DNA from: Paraspadella gotoi
Taxonomy: Eukaryota; Animalia; Chaetognatha
Reading direction: 5' to 3'
Assembly (NCBI GenBank): GCA_051294375.1
Contig: CM119267.1
Coordinates: forward strand, 26,241,293 to 26,305,292
Length of the DNA: 64,000 nt
The translations under genes and the position numbers were made by a program. Positions 25,401 to 37,737 of this stretch are shown here, one piece after another (position 1 is the stretch's first letter; each line of letters begins with the position of its first letter). Under the pieces are notes generated by a model. That model was not told the DNA's origin. It made no database searches and saw only the letters and a program-made list of their open reading frames with translations.

Positions 25401-28400
25401 GAGAAGAAAAGAGACAAGATCAACTGACTTCATATTAATTTTATTATGAGTGTGCTTTTGGCAATATAAGATAATTGATTTCTAAAATCTAAATAAATCT
25501 GCAAACTACAAAGCATTTTGTGCATAATTATTTATCTAATTTTACTCTATTCGTATTCTACTAAAAAATATGACATTGTAACCTTTTTCCTTAGTTTTTT
25601 GTCTGAAAAAGAAATTCTAGAGCTACGACATTAGCAGTCTCGTTTTTATCTCGTTGGTTTTTAGGCTGTGTAAAAAATGTCAAAGAACCCCAATACTGCT
25701 GCCCCTTTTGGTGGTTTTGCCGGCGGTGGTCGAAAGTTCGCTAAGCGCTTGCAAATACCAAATTCGGGAAACAGAGGAAACTCTGCCCCTGTAGCAGAAC
25801 GAGTGTTCATGATTAATGGACTGTCTGTAAAAAAGATTATTCTTAATAAATTAAACAAAGAATAACTATCTATCAGTCACAGAAATTTAATAATTAACTA
25901 AATTATATCGAAAAATGATAAATATTGTAACTGAAAAAGAGTTCCAATTTGCATGTTGTGATCTAGTTGCTTTCAACTCGCCTGGGTCAAGCGAAATATT
26001 TTTAGAAATGAATTAAATTATATACCAAACGAAAGAGAATTTTATTTCGAATCGAATGGTGTTTTCCGGAAGTTCTATGACCATTTGTTGCGGAAAAAAA
26101 TGTGTCTAAACAGTGCATAAGAAACAAAAATTTTTAAAAATTTTTTGCCATATATTTCGACTTAATTTCTAAGTCATCATCAGTGGCTGAAAGAGACAAA
26201 ACAAGAAAAGGTAATAAATATCAAAAAATAAAAGAAAGGTTAACCATTAAGAGAGAGAGAGAGAGAGTGTAAGTCAAAAGTCAAATTGACCAAATGACCA
26301 AAAACCCAAGAAATGAATGAAGTGGAAAAATCGTGTCTGGTTCTGGAAAAACTAGGGAAATCAAAAGAAGCTGATACACTAAGGCACGAAACGGCCAGTT
26401 TACTCCGCAAAGCTAAGGCTCCTAAATCAAATCTCACAGCAGACCAAAAAAAAGGTTTGTCCTATCTAAAAAAACAAAATAATCTGTTTGTAACACCATT
26501 TAAACAAAGGCTTAGGGTTTGTTGTCCTCGACACGAAACACCTTATAGAAAAAGCTGAGCGCGAATTTCAAAATACCTCTCTTGATACTCCTAACACCAC
26601 AGCTTCTCTGGAGAGGAAAATTCAATCAAAACTAAGAGATCTACATAAAATTCATAAATTAGATGATGAAACTTATAAAAGTATTTACCCTTCAGGCTCT
26701 TTAACCCCGACAGCCTACCCTGTTATAAAAGCACACAAACCAGAAAAAAGTTATCCTGCCCGCGTAATAACTTCTTGTATTGGGTCCCTCAAGAACGCCT
26801 TGCGTCATTCCTAAATAAATTACTCCAACCTTACATTGAGAATTGCCCATTTAGCTGCAAAAACTCTTTTGTTTTTGTCGATAAGATTAAAAATTTGACA
26901 CTTTCACCGAATGAAAAAATGATTTCCTTTGACGCCTCTGCTCTCTTTCCCTCAGTCCCAATCTCTGACTGCCTCCTTTACATTAAAAAGCTTTTAGACG
27001 TTGACAATAAGTTGGCTCGCCGAACTCAACTTTCTCCAACTGAAATCATTGACCTTGCCTCACTCTGTCTTTCCACTTCAGACTTTATTTTCAATGAAAT
27101 GCACCACACTACAAACGAAAGTGGGCCAATTGGTTTATCTCTCATGGTCACCATATCGCAACTTTGGATGTCCCATACAATGAAAGAGGCGATATTAGGG
27201 TGTGTCATATTCCAAAAGTTGTTTGTATCTTCAACACAGCACATTTAACACGACGGGGCATGGCCTAAAACATAGGTTTGCACAACAATCGCCATTCAAA
27301 TTGGTCCAACGCCTTTAGCAGAACTCTCTGAAGGATTTTTTGGCACACCTTTCAATCATCCTCCTCACTGTGTCTAAAGTATGAGAGATTTGATCGTCCA
27401 ACATAATTTATTAGTTAAAGAAGTGCATTAAGTTTGTTCTATTAAAATTTAAGTCCGCAACTACTTCTAGCGGACACACAACAGCATCCAACAAGCTGCT
27501 GCACCAGGTAGTGGCGAATACACTTGCGTACCATACTTCTTGGTTTTTAGAGGTACTATAAAAATTTTCTACACAGTTTTATTCATAAATAGGTCCTCTT
27601 TCTAATTTAATATACATCTTTTAAAAAAATTGGTGTGCCTACATCCTGGAGAGATAATTCCTGCACAGATTCTTTTAAAATAAAATTATATACAAAATAT
27701 TTATTTATATTATTTGCTATAGGTTTAATTAATAGAGCATGATATAATTACAATACACGATAAATTTCATCTTGATTGACCTAATACTTTTTAAGATATC
27801 CTGTTTATAAGAATTTTTGAAAAAAAGTTTTTAACACACACAGAAATAAAAAAATAAAAGTTATGGCATCAAAAATTGCTTTATTAGTTGATAAAACCCT
27901 CTAGGTTTATATCCCAATCATAATTTTATAACACCAATCCCAGAGGCTCTGTGGGGCATTCTAATTTGTTGGAGGATGTGGACCAACAGTTGCAGATAAA
28001 AAAGTTTTATATCAAAATAATTTACATTCTATTATAGATGATAATTTGCTTCTTTTAGTGATATCAGACTTGTACCTGCACTCTTTATTAAGGTGAGCTT
28101 ACTTTTTTGTAGATACTTCCTGTCCAGACTGCTTGAAGGGAAAAAAATTTAGTAACAATCAATAACAACTGTAATTGGGAATTACAATATGTTCAAACCC
28201 GCCTATAAGCATTAAGCATGTTAAGTGTGAGGACTGAGGACACAGTTTGGGGCATGAACCTTAAGCTAGTTACAAGCTCAGGACCCGTTTTATGGCTACG
28301 AGAGGGTGTTAAAAAAGATCGACTGATTTACAAAATTGGAAACTTCAGATTATTTTTCAGAACTTTTTTTCTTAATATGTAAATATTTGTTTTATTGTTA

Positions 28401-31400
28401 TTATATGGCAGTGGCGAGCAGCTAAAAATGCGAATATCTGGGTCTGAAGTTTCCCCGTTTCATGATTAGAGTCGCATCAACGAATAATTTGAAAAAGAAG
28501 ACAGAATCGAAGGCCGGTAGACTATGCGGGTCTACAGCTCCTCTTCTCTCTCTTCCTCCTCCCTCCTCATCCTCCTCACGGGGATTCGGGGTCGCGTTCA
28601 AGTTTAGGTTCAGTTCATCTTCTCCTCTCTCTCAGACTCTTTCTTTCTCCCCTTTTTTTGAACCTTTTTATATTTTCGGATAGAGTATAGAACCCAGATA
28701 TGAAATATATTTATTCACCTCCCATCCCTCCAGTTAGAGTGGCGCCTAGTATCATCGCTCGAACTTTAACCACAAAAGACCCCATTCTCCGAGTCCTGTG
28801 CTGCTACCGGCAAAAAAAAGAGAAGGGGTTGGCATCGAGGCTATCTGAGTTTGTTTGCTTAATGTTGGAAATTTGTATTTGTAGAATCTTTAGTTGCTTG
28901 TGGAAAAATATGACGTATGTTTTTACGTTAGTTATTTTAAATTGTTTATAAATTGTTATAACCTGGACGTTTAAATTCTCGTCGTCAGTATTTTAATGTA
29001 AATAAACATTTAAAAAACACACTGTAAAAGATGTTTTGATTCTCCTTTACCTTTTATCCAATTTTCTTGTACAGTCAAAATTCGTGGGAAATGTTTCTCA
29101 CACCTTGAATTCCGTATAAAATAGAGCCAAAAAAATAAATATAAACTGAACAGCGATTCTTTTTTTTCATTGTAAATATGAATTACTTTAAAGTTATAGT
29201 ATAATCCGAGTTTTGTACATAGTAATGAATTTAAATATAATGATATGAATAATGTTGTTACAATTGTTGTGGTTATTACTAAATTTTGTTTACCTTCAAG
29301 CAGTCTGGACAGAAAGTATCTACAAAGAAGTAAGCACACCTTAATAAAGAGTCAGAGTACAAGTCTGATATCACTATAAAGAGCAAATTATCATCTATAA
29401 TAAATGCAAATTACTTTGATAGAAGCTTTTTTATCTGCAACTGTTGGTCCCACATCCTCCAACAAATTGAGGATGCCTCCACAGAGCCTCTGGGGATTGG
29501 TGCTTACAAAATCATGATTGGAATATAAATCTAGAGGGTTTTATCAACTATAAAGCAATTTTTGATGCATAAACTTTTTTTTTTATTCTGCGTGTATTAA
29601 AATTTTTTTTTCAAAAATTCTTATAAACAGGATATCTTAAAAAGTATTAGGTCACTCAAGATGAAATTTTATCGTGTATTGTTAGAGCCAAACTTCGTCA
29701 ATGGGGTGGGTCAGAAGTTTGATTTGGGAACCTTTCCAAATGAAACTTCATACATTTCTGAGAAAACTTTCAATGGAGCAAAATTTTATAAAATGGCAAG
29801 AAGCATTAGTAATTAATTTTTTAATATTTATTTATAGATAGGAAATGTCAAAAATTTTTTTTTGAATTTTTTATTTTTAAAAGCAGATTCAAATAGCTTA
29901 TGAAAAGTTATCTACACAAAGTATAATTCTTTTTTCAATATTTTGATGATAAGTGGGTTTAAATTGAGAAAAACCTTAAAAAATCATCATCATCATCATC
30001 ATCCGATGATTTTAGCAGTTTTTACTAATTTTTAGTAATAAAACATCAAAATTTTAAAAAGTTGTAATTATATTTTTTGCTTAACTTTTTAAGCTCTATC
30101 AGAATCAATTAAAAAAACTTAAAATATCCAAAAAAAATTTTGACATTATATAGCAATAAAATAATATTAATTAGCGAATTACTCATGGTTCGGAACATTT
30201 TTGTAAAAAAATATTTGAACACAATAATTAATACCAATAATGGATTAGTTTAATGCTGTTCCCATTAAAATTTGAATTTGGTCGGCTACTCTACTAATTG
30301 TAATTATATCATGCTCATTAATTAAACCTATAGCAAATAATATAAATAAATATTTTGTATATAATTTTATTTTAAAAAAATCTGTTCAAGAATTATCCTC
30401 CAGGATGTAGGCACACCAATTTTTTTAAAAGATGTATATTAAATTAGAAAGAGGACCTATTTATGAATAAAACTGTGTAGAAAATTTTTATAGTACCTCT
30501 AAAACCAAGAAGATATGGTACGCAATGTATTGGCCACTACCTGGTGCAGCAGCTTGTGGATGCTGTTGTGTGTCCGCTAGAAGTAGTTGCGACTCTAAAT
30601 TTAATAGAACAAACTTAATGCACTTCTTTAACTAATAAATTATGTTGGACGATCAAATCTCTCATACTTTAGACACAGTGAGGGATGATGTGAAAGGTGT
30701 GCCAAAAATCCTTCAGGAGAGGGTACTGCTAAAGGCGTTGGACCAATTTGAATGGCGATTGGTGCAAACCTATTTTTTTAGGCCATGCCCCGTCGTGTTA
30801 AATGTCGTGAAGATACAAACAACTTTTGGAATATGACACACCCTAAGGCGATATCCATTGCTGAGAGGAAAAATATGATTGTCCCTAGAAACATTAATGT
30901 CTATATGGATGATTGCTGGTGTACTGTAAAATATCCAACTCCACCCAGACGACCAGGACTCCGTAGCGGTACCGCACAAAACTCGGATCCAGCTGCTGAA
31001 TTCAATGATTGTTTGAATGAGGTTCATCCCCGAATCCAGTTCACCCGTGAAGAAGAATCTGAACAGTCAATTGCTTTTTTAGATGTACACCTCACACTCG
31101 CAAGACCGATGGCACACTTATAACACGTATTTACCGCAAACCCTCTAATACTAACCTCTGCAACAAACCCCAATCTTGCCAAAATCCCCAAATAACCATT
31201 GTTTCCTTCAAGGGTGAACTTTGTAGAGCTTTCCGCCTTTGCTCTTCACCTACCCAGACACAGAAAGAAATCCAATTTACACTTGACATGTACGAAGACA
31301 ATGGCCAAGACAGGAAAAAATTAGAAACCATTGCTTCTAACTACCAGCCACCATCTCTCAACGCAATAACACAGACAAAAAACATACTAAAAAACACATG

Positions 31401-33016
31401 AACAGCACTGAAGACATACCTAACAACCTCTTTGATGTTCTTTCATTTCGAGACCACTCCCCCTTTGCAGAAGAAACTCGCCCATACGCATGTATACCTT
31501 ACATTCCGAGCCTGGCACATTCACTTAAAAGATCACTTACCAAGGCAGGCGTCAATACTTGTTTTACTTCTGGGGCAAAATTGAAAGACATTCTTTGTAG
31601 CAAGAACCGCACCCATCCTGACCCAACTCTAAAAAAGGGAATATACAAATTTAATTGTCCTTGTTCCGAAAAATCTATTTATATTGGTCTAACATCTAGA
31701 AATTTTCAAACGAGATTGAAAGAACATGAACGGGCAATTGAAAAGCAGCACTGGAACCACTTAGGTATTACCCAACACCATGAACTTTGCCCTGAGACAC
31801 CAGACTTTTCAAATGCGTCAATTGTAATTATATAAGTTTTTTGAAAATACCTCTGAAATATTAGATAATTAGACAAGGGGAGTAAGCAGAGAAAACTTCC
31901 TATTCATAAAAAAATTGAAAATGAATTTGTCATATTGTTATTTAGATTAATTGACTAAAAAATATTTGGGTAAAAAATATTCATCTTTGTCTCGGTTAAC
32001 TATTAAGTTATTGTTAAAGTTTTGTTTTAATAATATTAATATTCTTTTTGTATTTCTAAAAGCAATGGTTTAAAATTTTGTAAGCGTTTCAAGCTATATT
32101 GCTTCATCTTTTTTTTACTATTTTTGATCTAGTAAGCTTTTTTATTGATGGTCAAGGGTTATGGTCAGACACAGTAATGTCCAGTAGTGTATATCGCACA
32201 TATTACAAAAAGTAACAATCAATTAATTTGGCTCAGAAACAATTTTAAAGGGACAAAATCAGCACGAGACCGTTTCGCCACGTTATTTTTCATTGTGACT
32301 TAATTAAATTCTTCCTATTTAATTAATTCAGTTCATACTTTTATGTTTATTTACTCAATTTCATTAAATAAATTTAAATTGAATTCATTTAATTTATTCA
32401 TTTTTTCAATTCATTTTATTTCATTCAATTCATTTTTTAATCAATTTATTTATTCATTTCATTCATTCATTTCATTCATTCAAGTCATTTCGTTTAATTC
32501 ATTTCACTCATTCATTCTATTCAATTCATTTCATTCAATTCATTCATTCATTCATTCAATTATTTCATTTATTTCATTCATTAAATTTATTCATTCAGTT
32601 CATGTGTGCGGCATTTATGAAAAGCTAAAAAAAGCGGGTGCTCATAAAACTAACATTCTTTTCTGTCATTTAAAAGCTTGTTTATAAAAATCGGAATAGA
32701 GTATGCTTCATTGCTACAACTTTTCCTTTGGTGTCATTTTACGTGGCTCGAGCTCGCCTGGTATTGCGAGGGTTTTTATGAAATTTAAAATTATTTGTTC
32801 ATTCTTTCGCCCCATCCAAGTTCTGGCGGCGTGAGCAGTACTTCCTCCGGCTTCAGCAGTGGATCGTCCGGGTCGTCCTTCTCGTCGTCGTCGTCGTCTT
32901 CTTACGGAGGCCGCTCATCCTCCGGCTTTCCCACTTCCTTCTCTTCTCACTCGGGCTATCGACTTCGACATCAACTAAAACCCGTTCAACTCGATGAAGA
33001 CTTTTTTCTCAGTTGA
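16404..33016 (+). CDS. CLVS: Clavesin-like CRAL-TRIO (Sec14) lipid-binding protein
   Basis: Exons 16404-16655, 16736-17140, 17538-17654, 17744-17904, ~22272-22822 (apparent frameshifts) and a probable last exon 32821-33016 (phase-2 join gives GSSSTTS/SGGVSS). Motifs: [59 protein letters not shown]. Confidence 0.85.
17192..17446 (-). mobile_element. Solo LTR with Pol III boxes and twister fold (family T2)
   Basis: 255 bp, minus strand TGTGGTGG...GTTGCCATC, ATAG TSD (17188-91, 17447-50), A box TGGCTCAGAGG. Lies in intron 2 of the clavesin-like gene. Confidence 0.8.
17244..17324 (-). ncRNA. Type-P5 twister ribozyme candidate
   Basis: GTTGGC aaa GCGA GA TCG tcctaggg TAA CCGC GC CAGTGAC tggaggc GTCACTG AGGG t CGG aa GC CCCC aaa GCCAAC. 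Confidence 0.78.
17936..18800. mobile_element. MITE with ~22-bp TIR
   Basis: CCC.TGTCCGTTCGCGAGTG and its reverse complement, flanked by TATA. Confidence 0.7.
19186..19328. repeat. Near-perfect palindrome with ~70-bp arms
   Basis: ...cacttccggtccagcagcgtt aaa aacgctgctggaccggaagtg..., with two mismatches. Confidence 0.9.
20890..20927 (+). ncRNA. Minimal Penelope-type hammerhead ribozyme
   Basis: CTGATGA aGACTT gtacaa AAGTC GAA ACATGT C; stem I is weak. Confidence 0.7.
21494..22202. mobile_element. Same MITE family, uninterrupted ~710 bp copy
   Basis: TIR CAGAAGGCTTCATATTATAAAATGT, TA TSD. Confidence 0.85.
23112..26115 (-). mobile_element. Decayed DDE DNA transposon with transposase remnants
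   Basis: Degenerate inverted ends 23112-23255 and 25980-26115. Minus-strand fragments [21 protein letters not shown] (25150-25360) and NDAAER...QGIEEHR (23540-23700). Superfamily uncertain. Confidence 0.6.
26147..26187 (-). ncRNA. Minimal hammerhead ribozyme inverted at the 5' flank of the Penelope-like element
   Basis: GCCA CTGATGA tGACTT agaaatt AAGTC GAA ATAT A TGGC. Confidence 0.7.
28190..28312 (+). mobile_element. Degenerate family T3 LTR fragment
   Basis: Shares ccgcctataagcat, gtgagga, ttggggc and caagctcaggacccgtt..atggctac with 40770-40975; the ribozyme core is decayed. Confidence 0.55.
29682..30294. mobile_element. hAT-like MITE nested in the right arm; related copy at ~34573-35187
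   Basis: TAGAG...CTCTA ends. Absent from the left arm. Internal similarity to the 34.6-35.2 kb copy, which is flanked by repeated GTCAAAG. Confidence 0.6.
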
Positions 33017-34375
33017 AACTCGCTCTTCTTTTTCCGCACCGAGTATAATAGTTTTGCAGCTATACGCACTGCTTGGCGGCGAATCAACTTTTCTCTACAG
33101 GGTTATCCTCCCTCTTATTTTCGATTAGGAGGGACTTTTTCATCCTTCTCTGTGGTCGAAAAATAGGAGGTCGTGTTAAAGTTTGGAATCGCGTCGCTGC
33201 TGCCGTTGCATTGCCACCTCCTAGAATTTTCTACCGTTTCTTTTTTAGACCTCTTGAATGAAATGGTTCTCGGCGTAAAAGCGCTTCCCTATTTTAATTT
33301 TTTCGAATACTTTTCATTTTCTCTCTTTATTACCCATTTCCTCTCCCTTAAGTTTTTCTTGGCAAGTGCTGCTTGTTTGCAACTCAATAGATTTCTAGTC
33401 TTTCTTCGACCTTCATGATTTTCATGATTTCGCGACTCAAAATTAAAATAGGAAAACCGGCGTCCATTGAATGAGATTTTGTTAACTGCGATGCCTCTAT
33501 TTTAAAATCGTGATAACTCAAATTTGCAAAACTGGAAAATATTTCGGATTCGCGCAATTTTATTTTTATTTTTCGTTTTATATTTAGTTTTATCGCAATT
33601 TTCGTATGAATTCTGCGCTTGTTTTTCGCTCGCTCTGTATATTTACTTACGATCTTGGAAAATGAATAAGTCGCCGAAAATATTTATAGTTTTGGTAACT
33701 TTTGTAACTTTTAATTCAAAGATCGAAACTAATATTATGTATATGTAAAAAAAATGAGCTTCTGATTCAAATGAGCCTATTATCAGAAATACCAGAGTGA
33801 GGAATAAAAAAAAGTGGTATTTGAAAACATTCTGCTTTGAAATAAAAATTTTTAAACGTTAAAGTTAATTTTTTTGTGTGTGTATAAATGTCTATTAATA
33901 TAATATGGCTTAATACTAAAATCAAACGATGATTAAAACTCTCAGAAGTTATAAGTATAGGTATACTAATATATTAATAAAATATTATCCTAATATGATA
34001 AATGATTGTTTTTGTAAAGTTGTCATAAAAATTGAGAATACCAGATTCTCGTTGACATCCTTATTTTCATTCAAAAACTTTTGGCGACTTCTTCATTTTC
34101 CAAGATGGTAGTAATTAAGTTTTTTTATAATTTGGCTTTTGTAATAAACATGCCACCTGTCATGCCCGAAGTTATTTAACTGACCGAGTTCATTTCTATT
34201 ATAATACCGTCTAAGAATCTTCAAGACAATCCGGCTTTATATGATAATCTCTTAATTAGCAGTTTCTAACAATCACATAAACTTTTATCTAAAAGTTATT
34301 CTTTAAGAAAACTTGAGCTGTGTTTAAATGATTAGAAAAATTTGATAACTTTGAATTTAGATCCCTCAAACACAG

Positions 34376-35224
34376 TACAGTAGCATCAGTCGAGAATTTC
34401 TGAGACAGCAAGCACTGTAACTCGAGTACAAATGATAATTTGAAAGCGAGTTTTTGTCTTGTTATCGAGTAAGGTAAGCCATTGCTCTACGACCACTTTT
34501 GGGACATAGCAGTTTATTGTAAAAATTGACCTTGAGTGGGATTCGAATTCTATCATTCCATACTGCGTCAAAGTAGGGGTAGCCGCACTCAATGGGGTGA
34601 GTCAAAAATTTAGAGTGAGTACATGCTCAAACGAATATTTAGACATTTTTAAGAATACTTTCAATGGACAAAAAATTTCTAATATGGCTCTATACCCTAG
34701 TAATTAATTTTTTAATATTTATTTATAGATAGGAAAGGCCAAAAAATTTCTTTTAGATATTTTTAATTTTAAGACCAGATTCAGATAGCTCATAAAAAGT
34801 TGTCTACACAAAGTATAATTCTTTTTTCAATATTTTTACGATAAGTGTGTCAAAAATAAGAAAAACTGTAAAAAATGATCATCATCATCATCTTTCGATG
34901 ATTTTATCAGTTTTTTTATATTTTCACTTAGAAAACGTAAGAATTTTTAAAAGCTGTAATTATATTTCTTGTTTAACTTTTTATGCTCTATCAGAATCCA
35001 TCAAAAAAATTTAAGATTTAAAAAAAAATTTTTTTGCTCTATATAGTAATATAATATTTTTAATTAGGCTAGTACCCTCAGAAGAAAGCATTTTTGACAA
35101 AAAATATTTTAATACCATAATCTATGGTCATGATAGATTATTTTAACGCTGTATACATTAGCATTTAAATTTCATCGGCTATGGCTAGTCAAAGTTTTAG
35201 TTTTTAACCACTCGGCCATCTCGG
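34376..35224 (-). mobile_element. tRNA-derived SINE interrupted by a MITE; oppositely oriented copy at ~35915-36142
   Basis: Minus-strand A box TGGCCGAGTGG (~35209-35219) and B-box-like TTCGAATCCC (~34538-34547). The body matches 35990-36142 in reverse. Confidence 0.6.
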
Positions 35225-36694
35225 AATTGAAAAAAAAAGTTTTAAAAACCTTAATATAAATTTTGGTTTTCCTATTTTTTTTAAGCCAACCAAAAACTTA
35301 AATTATTCTTTTTTCAAAATAATTTCATTCTTTCATTCTCTCAATCATTAGCCTATTTTTTGCTTTTTTATTTTAAAAAAATATCAATATAATGAAATTT
35401 ACTAAAAAAAGATATATTAGCTATAATCCGTCCAGGAAGGTTTCAGAAGGTTGTCATTCTGCCACAATTAGGGAAATCTGAGTTTCAAGGAATCGTAATA
35501 ATACTAATACCGATAGCGGTAATAGTTTAGAGATGAAAAATGATAGTGCGGTTTCTTACTTTTGTTAAAGGAAAATAGATTTTAAAACATATCACGAATA
35601 TTCTGTGAGAATTGTCGCTTATTCTCATGCAAGCGGGCAAGTGTCTGATGCTTCGCCCGTAACGAATTGTCTCATCGTGAGTCACCAAAGAAAAGTTGTA
35701 AAGGTTAAAACGGTTTAATTCTTTATAGAGATCCCTCAGAAACTTGTAAACGCTTAATAAAACACAAGCAACGTGAAAATGTTCGACGTCGCTGCTTAAC
35801 AACAACAACAACAAAATTTCAAACATTAATGAATTTTTTGTTTCCCCCCAAAAAAATAAAAGCGAACCTACAGCTTTATATAATTTAATTTGAACAAAAT
35901 TTTTTAGAAATCATTTGACCGAGCGCTAAGCGCGCCGGATTTCAGGTTTCAGGTTCAAATCTAGCCGAAGTTACTTTTTACCATAAGTTTCGATGTCCCA
36001 AATTGGTCGTAGAGCAATGGCTTACCGAAGGGGGAGTAGCCATATGTGTACTCGATATCAAGACAAAAACTCTTTAAAATTATCATTTGTACTCGAGTTA
36101 TAGAGGTTGCCGTCTCAGAAATTCTAGACGGATGCTACTGTATGAATTCAGTTTCAATATTTTATAGACGTAGATGACGTTGAGTCCCAATTCTGGTCAT
36201 TTTTAGCCTGCGAGTTTCAGTCGTAATGCTTACCACCTGTTGTATTATCAATAACAAAGATTTTGATAGTTAACAGTGAATACGGATTTGTAGTTTAACC
36301 TTGCCAAACATAACCCGCCTTTTCCGAGGCTAATTGTTAGCGACGGTGGTAGGACGAGTTCCTTATAATTTGTAATTAATTCATACAAGAATATGGATAA
36401 ACCGGTTAACGAACCAATCACGACGGCGCGACTGTCAGACTTAACGTTCTGTGATTTAATAATGCAACAGGACGCTAATCCTAAGCATTTGGGTTGGAAG
36501 GAACTCATGCTACATTCGTTGCGAACGTGAATCCCAGGTGAAATCCGCCGCAACAAAAAGTCATTTTGCAAAGATACGAACTGTTTGCATTTTTAAACGT
36601 TGCATAACGATTTTGATAAATTGGAATATCGTCTTTTGTTGTTTCATCTAGTTTTTACTCAGTTTTTTTTCTTTTCAATTATTTTTTTTTTTAG

Positions 36695-37468
36695 TTTTTA
36701 GTCGGATCTGCTTATCAGCAGATCCCGACTCTATAATTCACTTTGTCGGTCCGTCGGTCCGCCCCCTCAATATTGTCGGGCACACACTTATATCATGTCA
36801 GAACATCAAATTATGATAAATTATGCAAAAAAAATTATGTCCGTCTGTCCGTCCGTCCATCCCACCTTAGCAAAAAACACCAATTACTCGTGATTGGATG
36901 GATGGATTTGAATGAAATTTTGTGTGTGGGTAGGGAAGTGTGTGATTGAGCTGGATATAAAGTTTCGATGGAATTGTCTGAGTGAAAATGAGTTTGAATG
37001 GAAAAAACAAAAAAATATATTTCACTATTTGAACACCAATTGCTCATGAGTGGATAGGGCGATTGACCTTGAATTTGGTATGTGGGTAGGAAAGTGTGTG
37101 ATTAAGCTGGAAATCAAATTTCGATGGAATTGTCTTAGTGGAAATGAGTTTAAATGGAAAAAACAAAAAACCTGTTTAACTAATTGATTATGCTTATTTT
37201 TCCTTTTATATAAATTTAAATGCAGGATGTATTAATTAATCAAATAATTAATCAATTAGTCAATTAATTAATAAATAATTAATCAGTCAATAACTCAAGT
37301 CAATCATTATCGGCATTATTCTCATCATCGTCATTGCTTTTGTCGTGGTTAGTGACGAAAAGACCTAATTAATTAACTAATTAATTAACTTGAATAATTT
37401 AATTATTAATTAATTAATTACCGATAATGATCGTTGGCAGATCCGACATTGTTTGTTCAAACTTGTTT
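36695..37468 (+). mobile_element. DINE-1/Helentron-associated-like element, GTCGGATCTGC family (ends also near 10198, 38400, 43402, 54268, 54490)
   Basis: 5' GTCGGATCTGC..GCAGATCCCGAC hairpin, GTCC microsatellite, 3' GCAGATCCGAC plus attgtttg(t/c)tcaaacttg. Confidence 0.7.
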
Positions 37469-37737
37469 AGTAATAACAATATATAAGTATTCCGTCTCAT
37501 GTTAAGAGTATAAAGATTTAGCTGTAACACTAAAATTAAAATCATCCCTTTTTGATATGTAAATTCAAGTCCTTGTAACAGGTATATTTCGGCCAAAGCA
37601 GTGACTTTACATTCTTACTCTGTTTTGCATTATTGGTATCATTTAACATTCACTTTCCAAATAAGTTCTTATACATTTCCCGTCTTTTAATCATTATATT
37701 GACAGAAAATAACTTGAACTTTAAAATAATATAAAAA

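Larger units (their letters stand above)
27196..30845. mobile_element. Non-autonomous long-TIR (foldback-like) DNA transposon with 9-bp TSD
   Basis: Termini TAGGGTGTGTCATATTCC / GGAATATGACACACCCTA and TSD AGGCGATAT (27187-95, 30846-54). About 0.9 kb inverted arms (27196-28075 versus 29357-30845, the latter interrupted). Confidence 0.88.
26300..31830 (+). mobile_element. Penelope-like retroelement (RT plus C-terminal GIY-YIG), decayed and split by a 3.65-kb insertion
   Basis: Motifs: KSNLT...[83 protein letters not shown]. Several frameshifts. Confidence 0.9.
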
